Below are positions 1-9,675 of a stretch of DNA of 64,000 nucleotides, piece by piece (the stretch's first letter is position 1; every line of letters starts with the position of its first letter). The stretch covers positions 64,001-128,000 of the forward strand of contig JBALDB010000008.1 of NCBI GenBank assembly GCA_036918135.1. The letters are read 5' to 3'. The DNA is from Nostoc sp. (GTDB lineage Bacteria; Cyanobacteriota; Cyanobacteriia; Cyanobacteriales; Nostocaceae). Made by a program: the position numbers and the translations under genes. Below the pieces are notes generated by a model. The model was given only the letters and a program-made list of their open reading frames with translations, did no database searches and was not told the origin of the DNA.

Positions 1-1459
1 GCAGCAAAATATTGATTAAATAGGTTAAACCTTTGCGAATATTACCCCCAGAAGTACGAGCTGGGCTATTAGGAACTTTGATGCGGTTTGGATAAGTGTG
101 TTCCATGTTGTAAGCGAACCGCTGATATAAAAATTCTGGCTCATAAGCTGTAGTAATGCAACGCCGCCACATCTCGACAACTTGCTCATAGGGCATCAAA
201 AACTCAACATTTGATTCGCGGCTTTCATCAAAAACAAGTCGCCCCTCTGTTTCTAACCTCCGCCATAAAGGAGTTCTCGGTAATGCATGAAGTAGGTTAA
301 TTGTCAACATGGGAATTTGGGAGGCTCGAATAAATTCCAGAATTCGATCGCCTGTTTCTGGTGTATCTGTATCTAAGCCGATGATGATCCCCGATACGAC
401 TTCCATGCCATAGCTGTTTAAAATCTGAATCGCTTTTAAAATTGGCATACTCAGATTTTGGTCTTTGGAAATAGCGTGGAGAGCCTGTGGTTCCGGTGTT
501 TCAATGCCGCAAAAAACTGTGCAGAAATAAGCTTCACGCATCATTTGCAGCAGTTTTGGGCTTTGAGCGAGGTTGAGAGTTGCTTCACAAGCAAATTGGA
601 TGGGGTAGCCATTGCGCTTTTGCCACTCAATCAGGTGAGGAAGCAAGTTCATAGCGGCGCGGCGATCGCCAACAAAGTTATCATCGACAAAATACACTGC
701 TCCCAAATTGCCCGACTGGCGCATTGCATCTAACTCAGCGACAACTTGCTCTGGTGTTTTCATCCGGGGATTTCGTCCATAGAGTTCTGGAATATCACAA
801 AACTCACAACGATAAGGGCAACCACTGGAAAACTGCACGTTTGCTAGGAAATAATCATCGATATTCAATAAATGGTAAGCTGGTGTGGGAAACTCCGTTA
901 AGGGTAAACGTTCTTTGGTTTCAAAGCGAATTTGCGCTTGGGGACGCTCGGAGTTTTGGTCTAGATACTCGATTAGGCGATCGGTTGCATCTCCCAATTC
1001 ACCCAAATTTAAAATATCAAACTCTGGATAATATTCTGGGCAACCAGATACAGAAGGGCCGCCGATAACTGTGATTTTGCCAGCTCGATGGGCAAGTTCA
1101 TTAATTTGATTAATCTGTGGTTTTTGGATATGCATTCCACTGACAATTACCACATCAGCCCATTGATAATCAGCCCTAGTTGCTGATTTGACATTCTCAT
1201 CAATAAACCGGACTTCCCATTCTTGAGGCAAGTAAGCAGCCACAATTAAAATACCCTGGGGTGGCATAAAAGCCCGAACATTACCCATCAGTGGGTAAGC
1301 GTAATGAAATGTGCCAAATGAACGACTATACTTAGGAAAGATACAAAGGATACGTCGATGATGCTGGGGAATGTAGCGGTTTTTTTGAGCGTTAGATGCG
1401 GTTTTTGGCTCGGTCGCGATATCCATTGGATTCTCTAAAGACTTTAGATTTACAGTCAT
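1..1459 (-). CDS. hpnP: B12-binding radical SAM hopanoid C-2 methylase (3' end runs off the window)
   Basis: Not in the ORF track. Manual translation from ATG 1459 gives MTVNLKSLENPMDIATEP...RRILCIFPKYSRSFGTFHYAYPLMGNVRAFMPPQGILIVAAYLP...GGPSVSGCPEYYPEFD...QFSSGCPYRCEFCDIPELYGRNPR, i.e. a cobalamin-binding N-terminus, a CxxxCxxC motif and HpnP-type segments. Confidence 0.85.
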   Translation of the reverse strand, partial: MTVNLKSLENPMDIATEPKTASNAQKNRYIPQHHRRILCIFPKYSRSFGTFHYAYPLMGNVRAFMPPQGILIVAAYLPQEWEVRFIDENVKSATRADYQWADVVIVSGMHIQKPQINQINELAHRAGKITVIGGPSVSGCPEYYPEFDILNLGELGDATDRLIEYLDQNSERPQAQIRFETKERLPLTEFPTPAYHLLNIDDYFLANVQFSSGCPYRCEFCDIPELYGRNPRMKTPEQVVAELDAMRQSGNLGAVYFVDDNFVGDRRAAMNLLPHLIEWQKRNGYPIQFACEATLNLAQSPKLLQMMREAYFCTVFCGIETPEPQALHAISKDQNLSMPILKAIQILNSYGMEVVSGIIIGLDTDTPETGDRILEFIRASQIPMLTINLLHALPRTPLWRRLETEGRLVFDESRESNVEFLMPYEQVVEMWRRCITTAYEPEFLYQRFAYNMEHTYPNRIKVPNSPARTSGGNIRKGLTYLINILL

Positions 1460-1617
1460 TGCAAATTTCACCCCGAAAAACTGAGCAGCTAATTTAACAA
1501 TTTACTGACATAACTCAGATGTAATTCCAACTAGCTTACCGCGTTCTTTCAGAAATTTTTAACTGTAATATAGAAAACTTACCCCAAAACTGCCGACTTA
1601 CTCAGTCTATAGATAAC

Positions 1618-1720
1618 TATAGCCGTAGTCACACTCTTTAGGACATTTTGAAAGGGTGAAAGAAGAGAGTTAGCAATAGTTTTACCTCCTCAGCATAGCT
1701 GCCTCCTGCCTTCTGCTATA
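1618..1720 (+). repeat. Dispersed ~100 bp MITE-like element, copy 1 (TATAGC...GCTATA ends)
   Basis: agccgtagtcacactctttaggaca...aaagggtgaaagaagagagttagcaatagttttacctcct is nearly identical to 44573-44679 and related to the inverted copy at 25337-25429. Confidence 0.8.
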
Positions 1721-1741
1721 TCTTGAAAACAGGGCATAGGG

Positions 1742-1859
1742 TAAGCTGTTGTGTTTTTAATTTGCACACTGAGACGGCAGGGGAGCAGAGGGGCAGAGGA
1801 GACGGTTTGCAGGTTTTACCTAAAATGATTATGAGGCAAATTGTAGGCGCGACAGCTTA
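1742..1859. repeat. MITE-like element with TAAGCTGT...ACAGCTTA inverted ends
   Basis: Terminal inverted repeats are visible directly; STRR-like ggggagca/ggggcaga repeats inside. Confidence 0.55.
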
Positions 1860-1981
1860 TTATAGCGGCGATCGCTTCCTTGCAATCTAGTCGCAAGTCT
1901 AAAAAGCAAACATTCCCCTCCCCGCTTGCAGGGGAGGGGTTGAAGCGTGTTTCTATCCAAATGAGAACCGCTAGCTGCTAC

Positions 1982-2085
1982 TAAGCTGTTCAACATCTAG
2001 TTTGCATATCTAAGTTTAATACAACTCTTGTGGGGTGAGCCGGAAAGCCCGCCCTAATTATGCAAGTTAAATGTGGAACAGCTTA
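1982..2085. repeat. MITE/REP-like element with ~27 bp imperfect terminal inverted repeats
   Basis: Left end taagctgttcaacatctagtttgcata versus reverse complement of right end taagctgttccacatttaacttgcata; internal GC-rich hairpin-like gtggggtgagccggaaagcccgccc. Confidence 0.65.
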
Positions 2086-2105
2086 TCAGCGCCAAAGGCT
2101 TGGTT

Positions 2106-3305
2106 TTAGGGGCTTTGGGGGTGATGCCAATATTTGTAAGCAGCGTATGCCATAGTCACGACTCCGGTGATAATGGCAGATTCATCGACTTCAAATAAGG
2201 GATGATGTAATGGGTGGTTAATGATTCTTTCTTCGTAGCCTACACCCAAGCGAAACATTGAACCAGGGGTATGTTCTAAATACATAGAAAAATCCTCAGA
2301 ACCAAGGGAGGGTTCGGGTAAAACTTGGACGCGATCGCTACTCCAAGCTTCTTCTGCAGCTGATTGCAACAATTGAGTCAGAGCATAATCATTTTGCACG
2401 CTGGGTACGCCCTGACGATAATTAACTTGATAACGTGCCCCGTAAGGACGGCAGACATTAGCTACAATATTTTCAATCCAGTTTGGCAGATGGGCACGGG
2501 TTTCGGGATGGAGCGATCGCACGGTTCCCAATAACTGCACTTTATCAGCAATTACATTCGGCGCTCTACCACCATTAATCTTGCCGAGACTCAACACTAC
2601 AGGACGCAACGGATTCTGTGTCCGGCTGATGGCTTGTTGCAATCCAGTAATAATTTGAGCCGCAATCCAAATCGCATCAACCGCCTCATGGGGACGCGCT
2701 CCATGTCCAGATTCGCCAATAATCAGAATCTCTAAATCATCAGCAGCAGCAGTCAATGCCCCATAACGTACCCCAATCGAACCTGCGGGTATAGAAGGGA
2801 AAACATGAATCCCTAATATAGCTGAGACGTTTTCCATCGCCCCATCTTTCATCATCCAGCTTGCTCCTTGGGCAATTTCTTCGGCTGGCTGAAATAAAAA
2901 CCGCACTTTACCACCCAATTCCTCTGCTATTTGGGACAGCACCATCGCTGTTCCTAACCCCACTGTGGTGTGGACATCATGACCGCAAGCGTGCATTACA
3001 CCAGCTGCGCGAGAGGCGTATTCCAAATTAGTGCCCTCTTGAATTGGCAAGGCATCCATATCGGTGCGAATTGCCAGTAAACGCTCATTTTGGCTAGTAT
3101 TTTGCAATTCTCCAATAACGCCTGTTTTACCAACTCCTTCTTGCACATGCAAACCACTGGAAGACAAAACACCAGCTACAAAGGCAGCTGTTTGGTACTC
3201 CTGACCGCTCAGTTCTGGGTGAGAGTGAATGTGGCGGCGAATTTCAATTAGTCGGGGCGCTAGTTTTGCTGCTAAATCTTTAATATGGGTAAGCATTGAT
3301 ATCAA
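2106..3305 (-). CDS. M20D family amidohydrolase
   Basis: RRHIHSHPELS, RTDMDALPI, MHACGHDVH, FQPAEE, GHGARPH and GSEDF motifs. Confidence 0.92.
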   Translation of the reverse strand: MISMLTHIKDLAAKLAPRLIEIRRHIHSHPELSGQEYQTAAFVAGVLSSSGLHVQEGVGKTGVIGELQNTSQNERLLAIRTDMDALPIQEGTNLEYASRAAGVMHACGHDVHTTVGLGTAMVLSQIAEELGGKVRFLFQPAEEIAQGASWMMKDGAMENVSAILGIHVFPSIPAGSIGVRYGALTAAADDLEILIIGESGHGARPHEAVDAIWIAAQIITGLQQAISRTQNPLRPVVLSLGKINGGRAPNVIADKVQLLGTVRSLHPETRAHLPNWIENIVANVCRPYGARYQVNYRQGVPSVQNDYALTQLLQSAAEEAWSSDRVQVLPEPSLGSEDFSMYLEHTPGSMFRLGVGYEERIINHPLHHPLFEVDESAIITGVVTMAYAAYKYWHHPQSP

Positions 3306-3553
3306 CTAACTCTACAGGCTTGCTTCCATGATAAAGAAATGTTAACAAACAAAAAAGTAATATATTCTTCAGGCATGGGGAATTGGGAGTGCTGTTAGCG
3401 GAAGCGGGGCGTTTAGCCCGTGTTGAGTGTTGAGTTAGGAGTTATTTTGTTCGTACCTCCTCTGCTATCTCATCTCCCGGTTGGTGAGTTTCGACTACAC
3501 AAAATCGAGCGAAGTCGAACCATATCTGGCTCATCTCCCCGTCTTCCCCACAC

Positions 3554-4117
3554 CTATTTTCCGTAGCAGGTTGTGCCTGGAGTATTCTCAGGTCTGAACT
3601 GGTTACATTCCCTAACATTTGGACGCTCTAACGACCAGCTGTAAGGTTTGTCGGAGGTAACGACACCATTACTCAAAGTTGTTAGTCGGTAGTTTGCCGC
3701 CCGAAAATTGGTAAATAGCAATTTGGCATCCTTTAAGTTTGCCGCTTCTAAATTGGTACTCATGAAACCGGCATAGGACAGATCGGCTTTTTCTAAGGAT
3801 GCTGATTTCAAGTTTGCACCTGTTAAGGAAGCACCACTGAGATTCGCCGAATTGAGAATTGCACCTTCTAAATTTGCACCTGTGAGATCGGCATTCGTGA
3901 GATTAACTTGAGATAATGTCGCACCGCTCAAGTTAGCCCCTCGCAAAACTGCTCCACTTAGATTTAGTTGAGTTAAATCAGCACCACTTAAATCGCACCT
4001 GGGACAAGTATTAGTTGCCTTCAACTGCTCCAAGTCTTGCACGTTTGATGCAAAGGTCTGTCCTGCAAAGCCGAAACAAGCTAACAGGACGACGGTAGTG
4101 ACAATCTTAAGTTTCAT
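3554..4117 (-). CDS. Secreted/lumenal pentapeptide repeat protein
   Basis: Signal peptide, CPRCDLSGADL, and A(N/D)LxG pentapeptide repeats. Confidence 0.9.
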   Translation of the reverse strand: MKLKIVTTVVLLACFGFAGQTFASNVQDLEQLKATNTCPRCDLSGADLTQLNLSGAVLRGANLSGATLSQVNLTNADLTGANLEGAILNSANLSGASLTGANLKSASLEKADLSYAGFMSTNLEAANLKDAKLLFTNFRAANYRLTTLSNGVVTSDKPYSWSLERPNVRECNQFRPENTPGTTCYGK

Positions 4118-4335
4118 ATTTGTTACAGATATTTACAAGGATGACAAATAATGTACACTGGTACTGTCATCGTTACATATAAGACATGCCAAGTGAATAA
4201 CCGGAATGAAGCATTGATTAAGAAGCGATGAATATCCGATAAATTCTTGGGGTAAGGCTACTCAAAGTAAAATCTAGGTTATACAATCGAGTCGTAAGGA
4301 ACTATACTGAACCATTTATAGACTACCACATATGC

Positions 4336-4373
4336 GATCCCCCTAGCTCGATAAAAAGATGACTAGGGGGATC
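4336..4373. terminator. 11 bp perfect inverted repeat downstream of the kinase gene (putative terminator/stem-loop)
   Basis: gatccccctag-N16-ctagggggatc. Confidence 0.45.
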
Positions 4374-4466
4374 TTGTTTTTAGGTATTTAACAACCAGTG
4401 GAAAGTTAAGGGTTAGGAGTTAGGAATTTTCCCCTCTATGTGCCCCTATGTCTTGCCTATTCCTAA

Positions 4467-6209
4467 TTAGCGCCATCCCAAAAGACGCAACCCAGGCACA
4501 ATTAGATAGAAACTTACTCCTAGCCAAAAGCTGAGAAACCAGCCTACAGAACCAAAAAAAATCAAAGGCTTGTATAACTCTAGCCAGCTTGGTTGACTGG
4601 AAAATTCCAAGAGCGGAGGTGCTAACTTCAAAAGAATCAAAGCTGTATAGCCGATCGCACTGCCAAAGGCAGCGAACACAGCGTACACTATATGATGGCT
4701 GCGAAGTCCTAAACTCAAGGTGAGTAAGCAAACTCCCACTAAAATCACTGCTACTAAGCCTTCGCCGCTGCCTTTTGGTGTAATTAATTGCAAAATTAAC
4801 CAGCCAAAGCCGTAGCTAATCATGCCCATCACTGAGGCTACTAAAAACCGCCGTCGTTGACCAAAACACCCCGATACTGTTAGTCCCCATGCGGTTCCCC
4901 AACCTGCGACTACAAAGACTAAAATATCTGGGCCAAAGGTGGGTTGAGTATTTGGAACTAATTGATTTACCTGAATCGAAAGAAATTCCACAACCCGACG
5001 CCCCAAGCTTGTGCGATAGGCCAAAATAAAACCAGCGATCGCACCAAAACAAGCGCCAATAGAAGTTAGGATTATCGCCCAAATTGTCGCCAAACAAGCT
5101 TGGAGAATTTTTAGAATTATTTGAGCAATAAAAATAATGGTTTGACTTAGAGCTTGGCTAAATTGAGCTAAAACTTGTTCAACAGCTTGTGTTAACAGTG
5201 TAAGTTTCTGAGAGGCTTGCTTAACGTTGTGCCGCAGTTGGGATAATCTTGGGGACGATAATGGTTGGGAAATCTTTGCCAGGCGTTTTTGAATCATAGC
5301 TGCATTTAGTGGGCGCAATCGCACATCCTCCTGCACCATTTCATCGAGTAAGTCTGCTAATTGCCGATTGACATTCACCCGATTTCGCCACTGCAACTTC
5401 CCAGTTTGTCCGTCTTCCAACTCTGGCGGATACTTACCTGTTAGTAGTTCAATTATCGTTCGACCCAAAGCAAAAAAATCGGCACTCGGCCCCACAATTC
5501 CTCCAGTCACTTGTTCTGGGGGACTGTAGCCAGAAGAAAATAACCGCGTGGAACTAGACCGAGAACGCAGTTTGGAAGCGCTGACTTGTTTTGCTCCCCC
5601 AAAATCAATTAAGACTAAGCGATCGCTTTTTTCTTTTCCAATCGCGGCTACACTTGGTGAAGAGGTATCCAGCATCAAATTAGAAGGTTTAATGTCCCGG
5701 TGAATAATTTGACGTTTGTGTAATTCCTGTAAAATCTCTACAGCTTGGGCGAACCAGTTTAAAACCAAATCCTCCGGACATCCTTGCGGATACTTCTTTA
5801 ATATCTCCTCTAAAGTCTGCCCATTGATTTTTTCCATTACCAGACAAGGTAATTGATGCGGTTTAGGATTGAACAAATTTACTTGAAAATACCCATCGGC
5901 ATCAACTTTCGGCACACCGGGATGCTGTAAGCTAGATAAAACCGCCGCCTCTTGAGTAAATAATTCCAGTGCTTTTGGTGAATTTTCTACCAATACTTTC
6001 AGCACTTTCTCGGTTTGAGTTTTTTCATCCCAAACCGTGTAAATTTCAGCAAATCCTCCCGATCCTAACCGTTGAACTGGGATATAGCGGTCTAGTAACT
6101 GTAGCGGTGCGCCACAGCTGTTACAAAATTTGTTTCCCCAAGGTTGAGGATAAGGACGTTGACAATCAGGATTTATGCAGTGAACCGCACTCTGGTTGAT
6201 GTGGGACAC
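4467..6209 (-). CDS. Hanks-type Ser/Thr protein kinase with N-terminal 4-Cys domain and C-terminal membrane domain
   Basis: CINPDC...CNSCG; LGSGGF, VLK, HRDIKPSN, DFG, GYSPPEQ; several hydrophobic C-terminal helices. Confidence 0.93.
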   Translation of the reverse strand: MSHINQSAVHCINPDCQRPYPQPWGNKFCNSCGAPLQLLDRYIPVQRLGSGGFAEIYTVWDEKTQTEKVLKVLVENSPKALELFTQEAAVLSSLQHPGVPKVDADGYFQVNLFNPKPHQLPCLVMEKINGQTLEEILKKYPQGCPEDLVLNWFAQAVEILQELHKRQIIHRDIKPSNLMLDTSSPSVAAIGKEKSDRLVLIDFGGAKQVSASKLRSRSSSTRLFSSGYSPPEQVTGGIVGPSADFFALGRTIIELLTGKYPPELEDGQTGKLQWRNRVNVNRQLADLLDEMVQEDVRLRPLNAAMIQKRLAKISQPLSSPRLSQLRHNVKQASQKLTLLTQAVEQVLAQFSQALSQTIIFIAQIILKILQACLATIWAIILTSIGACFGAIAGFILAYRTSLGRRVVEFLSIQVNQLVPNTQPTFGPDILVFVVAGWGTAWGLTVSGCFGQRRRFLVASVMGMISYGFGWLILQLITPKGSGEGLVAVILVGVCLLTLSLGLRSHHIVYAVFAAFGSAIGYTALILLKLAPPLLEFSSQPSWLELYKPLIFFGSVGWFLSFWLGVSFYLIVPGLRLLGWR

Positions 6210-6623
6210 AACCGCTACAATACAAAGGCTGACTTGATTTTAGCGTTTCTTTAGGTTTCGTGATTTGAAAATAACGAACAGGTGAAATAGCCCAATTTCC
6301 AGCCTAAAAAGTTTGGAGTCAGTTTTGGGAATAATCAAAACAAGTGTTCCCGCTTCTTGCTCAGTCGAGTCTGGGGGCGAACACTACCAATATTTGGCGA
6401 AATGCAATAATTTAAATGTTTACTTTTATTGGGATAGTTTCGGTTCTATGAATCTGGTTTAGAAGCAGAGACTAATCTTGTCATAAAATTAATTAGATAA
6501 ATTACTAAAACAGAAACAATTCATCCAATATCTAACACAACTTATCCGTAAATTTGAATTGTAACAGATAATTTATTTAATTAAAGATTTAATAAAGGAT
6601 AATTATAAAATATCAAAGATTAT

Positions 6624-7604
6624 ATGTTAAAGCTACTCAAATATCTTAGTATTTTTATAATTACCACCTATTTACTATTTGGTTGTAATGCTTCAGCACC
6701 AACCCAATTAAAACATCCTCCCTTGAAAGTAGAATTTGCATCTTTTATTGGCGAGTATCCAGGCATCATTGCTCAAAAAAAAGGATTTTTCAAAGCCCAA
6801 GGGGTAGATGTGGAACTAATTCATAAACGATACACCCAATTGGAACAAGCAAATTTCAATGCGGGTAAATATGATGGTATTACATTATCCTTGGGAAGTT
6901 TTATAATGTTGAGTGCTACAAATCCTGATATACAAAGCGTGATAATTATGGATGAATCAACAGGAGCAGATGTGGTAGTTGCCCAATCACAAATTAAAAC
7001 CGTTGCTGACTTAAAAGGAAAAAAGCTGGGTGCAAATCTAGGCGGTTTTAGCGAAGTTTTTGTGACTGAAATGTTGAAAAGTGCCAACTTAACCAGCGAC
7101 GATCTGAACTTGCTTAAATTAGATGCTTCAGAAATTCCTCAACGTCTAAAAAATAATGTTATTCAAGCCGGACACACTTGGGAACCTTATCTTTCTGAAG
7201 CTATTAAATCAGGGGGACATGTTTTATTTAGCAGCAAACAAACCCCTGGCTTGATTTTAGATATGATTATCTTTCGCGGTGAAATAATCCGCGATCGCCC
7301 CGAAGATATTCGTGCATTTATCCGAGGATGGCTGCAAGCCGCTGCGTACTGGAAAGCAAATGTTCAAGAAGGAAACGCGATTGTCAGCAAAGCCTTAAAT
7401 ATTCCTAGCAATACACTCTCTTTGGAAGGAGTAAACCTAACCGATCTAGCTGAAAATCAAAAATTATTTCAATCTAGCAACCCTAACTCTATTTACAAAG
7501 CTGCCAAGATATATGCAGATTTTTTTATTCGCTCTGGAAACATAACCCGCATTCCTGAACTAAAAAGTTTGTTCAATTCTTCGTTCTTGAATCCTCCCTC
7601 CTAG
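6624..7604 (+). CDS. SsuA/THI5(NMT1)-like substrate-binding lipoprotein
   Basis: Lipobox LLFGC; KKGFFKAQGVDVEL, STGADVVV, DLKGKK, TWEPY motifs. Confidence 0.85.
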   Translation: MLKLLKYLSIFIITTYLLFGCNASAPTQLKHPPLKVEFASFIGEYPGIIAQKKGFFKAQGVDVELIHKRYTQLEQANFNAGKYDGITLSLGSFIMLSATNPDIQSVIIMDESTGADVVVAQSQIKTVADLKGKKLGANLGGFSEVFVTEMLKSANLTSDDLNLLKLDASEIPQRLKNNVIQAGHTWEPYLSEAIKSGGHVLFSSKQTPGLILDMIIFRGEIIRDRPEDIRAFIRGWLQAAAYWKANVQEGNAIVSKALNIPSNTLSLEGVNLTDLAENQKLFQSSNPNSIYKAAKIYADFFIRSGNITRIPELKSLFNSSFLNPPS

Positions 7605-7613
7605 TTTAAAGTT

Positions 7614-9446
7614 ATGCAGCAGCATTTTTTGGGTGGCATCCGTAGAAAGTTGATCGCCTCGTTTCTCATTGTTGCTTTAATTCCTTTGCTGGTGTTGGCA
7701 TTTATCAACAAACAGACAACTGAAAAAATACTAACTAACAACGCCCGACAAGCCTTATCTGTGGCAGCTAACGAAACTGCTAATAGAATAGATGCCTTTA
7801 TTGATGGAAATCTCAATGCCGTGCGCGTAGAGGCGATTTTACCAGGTTTGGCACGCTACCTTAGCCTAACTCCAAAACAGCGAGATGACAGCCCTGAAAT
7901 GCAATTGGCGATAGAAACATTAATTCGTCTCAGCCGCAAAGATATGCTCAATATTCTCTCCTATGCTTTGCTCGACTTAAACGGCAAAAATGTATTGGAT
8001 ACACGTACATCGAACATTGGCAAAGATGAATCAGTTGAAAATTATTTTAAAAACCCGCTACAAACTGGGTTATCCTTTGTTTCTAGTATGAAGCGCTCGC
8101 TGATAATTCCTGACCTTGTTAACCTCTTTTTTAGCAGTCCGGTTCGCAATGCCAAGGGAGATATATTGGGTGTATTGCGTATTTCATATAATGCTACTGT
8201 TGTCCAGCAGTTAGTAACTCGAGAAACTGAAAGGGCTGGAGCAAAATCATTTGCTATTCTTTTAGATGAACATAATATTTATTTGGCACATAGTACTGCA
8301 CCAAAACTGCTTTTTAAATCAATTGTGCCTCTGCCTTTAGACGTTGTAACTCAACTACAAAGTCAAGGGCGTTTGCTTAATTATTCTCTCAAAGAATTGG
8401 CAACTAATGAGTCAAAACTTAAGCAAGCATTGGATAATCAACAGTCGTATTTAATTACATCTTTGTCAACAACAGGCGAGCGGCTTAATCTGATTGCGAT
8501 CGCTCATTTAAAATATAAACCTTGGTCTGTATTGTTCGCACAGCCCCTTGCTGTTGCCCTAGCACCTGTAGAAAAGCAAATTCGTGACGCAATGTTTCTA
8601 TTTGCAATTATCGCTTCAGTAGTCACACTCATCGCTTTTGCCATTGGGCAACTCCTAACAAAGCCAATAATTTACCTTACCAATATAGTTTTCCAGTTTA
8701 GTGCAGGTAACTTAGATATCCGCGCCAAAATTACTTCAAAAGACGAAATAGGTCAACTGGCAAAATCGTTTAACGACATGGCATTTGAGTTACAAACATC
8801 TTTTGAAACTTTAGAACAACGAGTACAACAGAGAACAGCAGAGTTAGTAATTGCTAAAGAAAAAGCAGAAGACGCGAATCTGAAACTAGAACAATTAGTA
8901 AATTTAGATGGTTTAACTCAGGTGGCTAACCGTCGCTGCTTCGATGGACGACTGCAAGCAGAATGGAAACGCCTTGCACGAGAACAACAATTCCTATCAC
9001 TAATTTTATTCGATGTTGATAAATTCAAATCTTATAACGACTACTATGGTCATCTAAGAGGCGATGATTGTCTAATCACAATAGCGCAAACAGTGCAAGA
9101 GGCAGCTCGTCGTCCTGCCGATTTAGTAGCGCGTTATGGTGGAGAAGAATTTTCGGTACTCCTTCCCAATACTGACTTAGCGGGAGCGATCAAAGTAGCA
9201 CAAAATATTCAGCAAGCAATTCACGATCGGGTCATTCCCCATGCAAAGTCTGATGTCAAGGATATCGTCACCGTTAGTATGGGGATTAGCTCTCGCGTAC
9301 CCACTTTGGATATAAAGCCAGATGTAATCATCGCTTCAGCCGATAAAGCACTGTACGATGCCAAACAAAAGGGGCGCGATCGCTATTGTTACTCGTTAGA
9401 TGGCGTATATCGCTCTTCCATCACTTTCCAAGAGAGCGATCGCTAG
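7614..9446 (+). CDS. Membrane diguanylate cyclase (TM-Cache-TM-HAMP-GGDEF)
   Basis: Two TM segments around a periplasmic domain, HAMP (DEIGQLAKSFNDM), DGLTQVANRR, RPAD I-site and intact GGEEF. Confidence 0.92.
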   Translation: MQQHFLGGIRRKLIASFLIVALIPLLVLAFINKQTTEKILTNNARQALSVAANETANRIDAFIDGNLNAVRVEAILPGLARYLSLTPKQRDDSPEMQLAIETLIRLSRKDMLNILSYALLDLNGKNVLDTRTSNIGKDESVENYFKNPLQTGLSFVSSMKRSLIIPDLVNLFFSSPVRNAKGDILGVLRISYNATVVQQLVTRETERAGAKSFAILLDEHNIYLAHSTAPKLLFKSIVPLPLDVVTQLQSQGRLLNYSLKELATNESKLKQALDNQQSYLITSLSTTGERLNLIAIAHLKYKPWSVLFAQPLAVALAPVEKQIRDAMFLFAIIASVVTLIAFAIGQLLTKPIIYLTNIVFQFSAGNLDIRAKITSKDEIGQLAKSFNDMAFELQTSFETLEQRVQQRTAELVIAKEKAEDANLKLEQLVNLDGLTQVANRRCFDGRLQAEWKRLAREQQFLSLILFDVDKFKSYNDYYGHLRGDDCLITIAQTVQEAARRPADLVARYGGEEFSVLLPNTDLAGAIKVAQNIQQAIHDRVIPHAKSDVKDIVTVSMGISSRVPTLDIKPDVIIASADKALYDAKQKGRDRYCYSLDGVYRSSITFQESDR

Positions 9447-9517
9447 AAGGCTCATCAGGCAATTAATACAAGCTATCCTATTAGAAAAAATGGGTGTTGT
9501 ATTTGTTAATTGCTGTA

Positions 9518-9639
9518 ATATCATGTTCGCCTAATTAGTTATAATTCTCGCTTCTGTGCAAAAATTGGAAAATCCTCTTTCCCCCTGCCCTCTGCAAGGA
9601 CTACGGTCTTAATAAGAAGTCTTTAAGTGAACATGATAT
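9518..9639. repeat. MITE-like element with ATATCATGTTC...GAACATGATAT inverted ends
   Basis: 11 bp perfect, ~16 bp imperfect terminal inverted repeat lying between convergent genes. Confidence 0.6.
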
Positions 9640-9675
9640 AAGATAGGTAGCGCGATTTAGCCAAGCTGTACTACT

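Noticed and set aside
458..1068. Plus-strand ORFs of 91 and 114 aa
   Set aside because: Antisense shadows of the hpnP frame.
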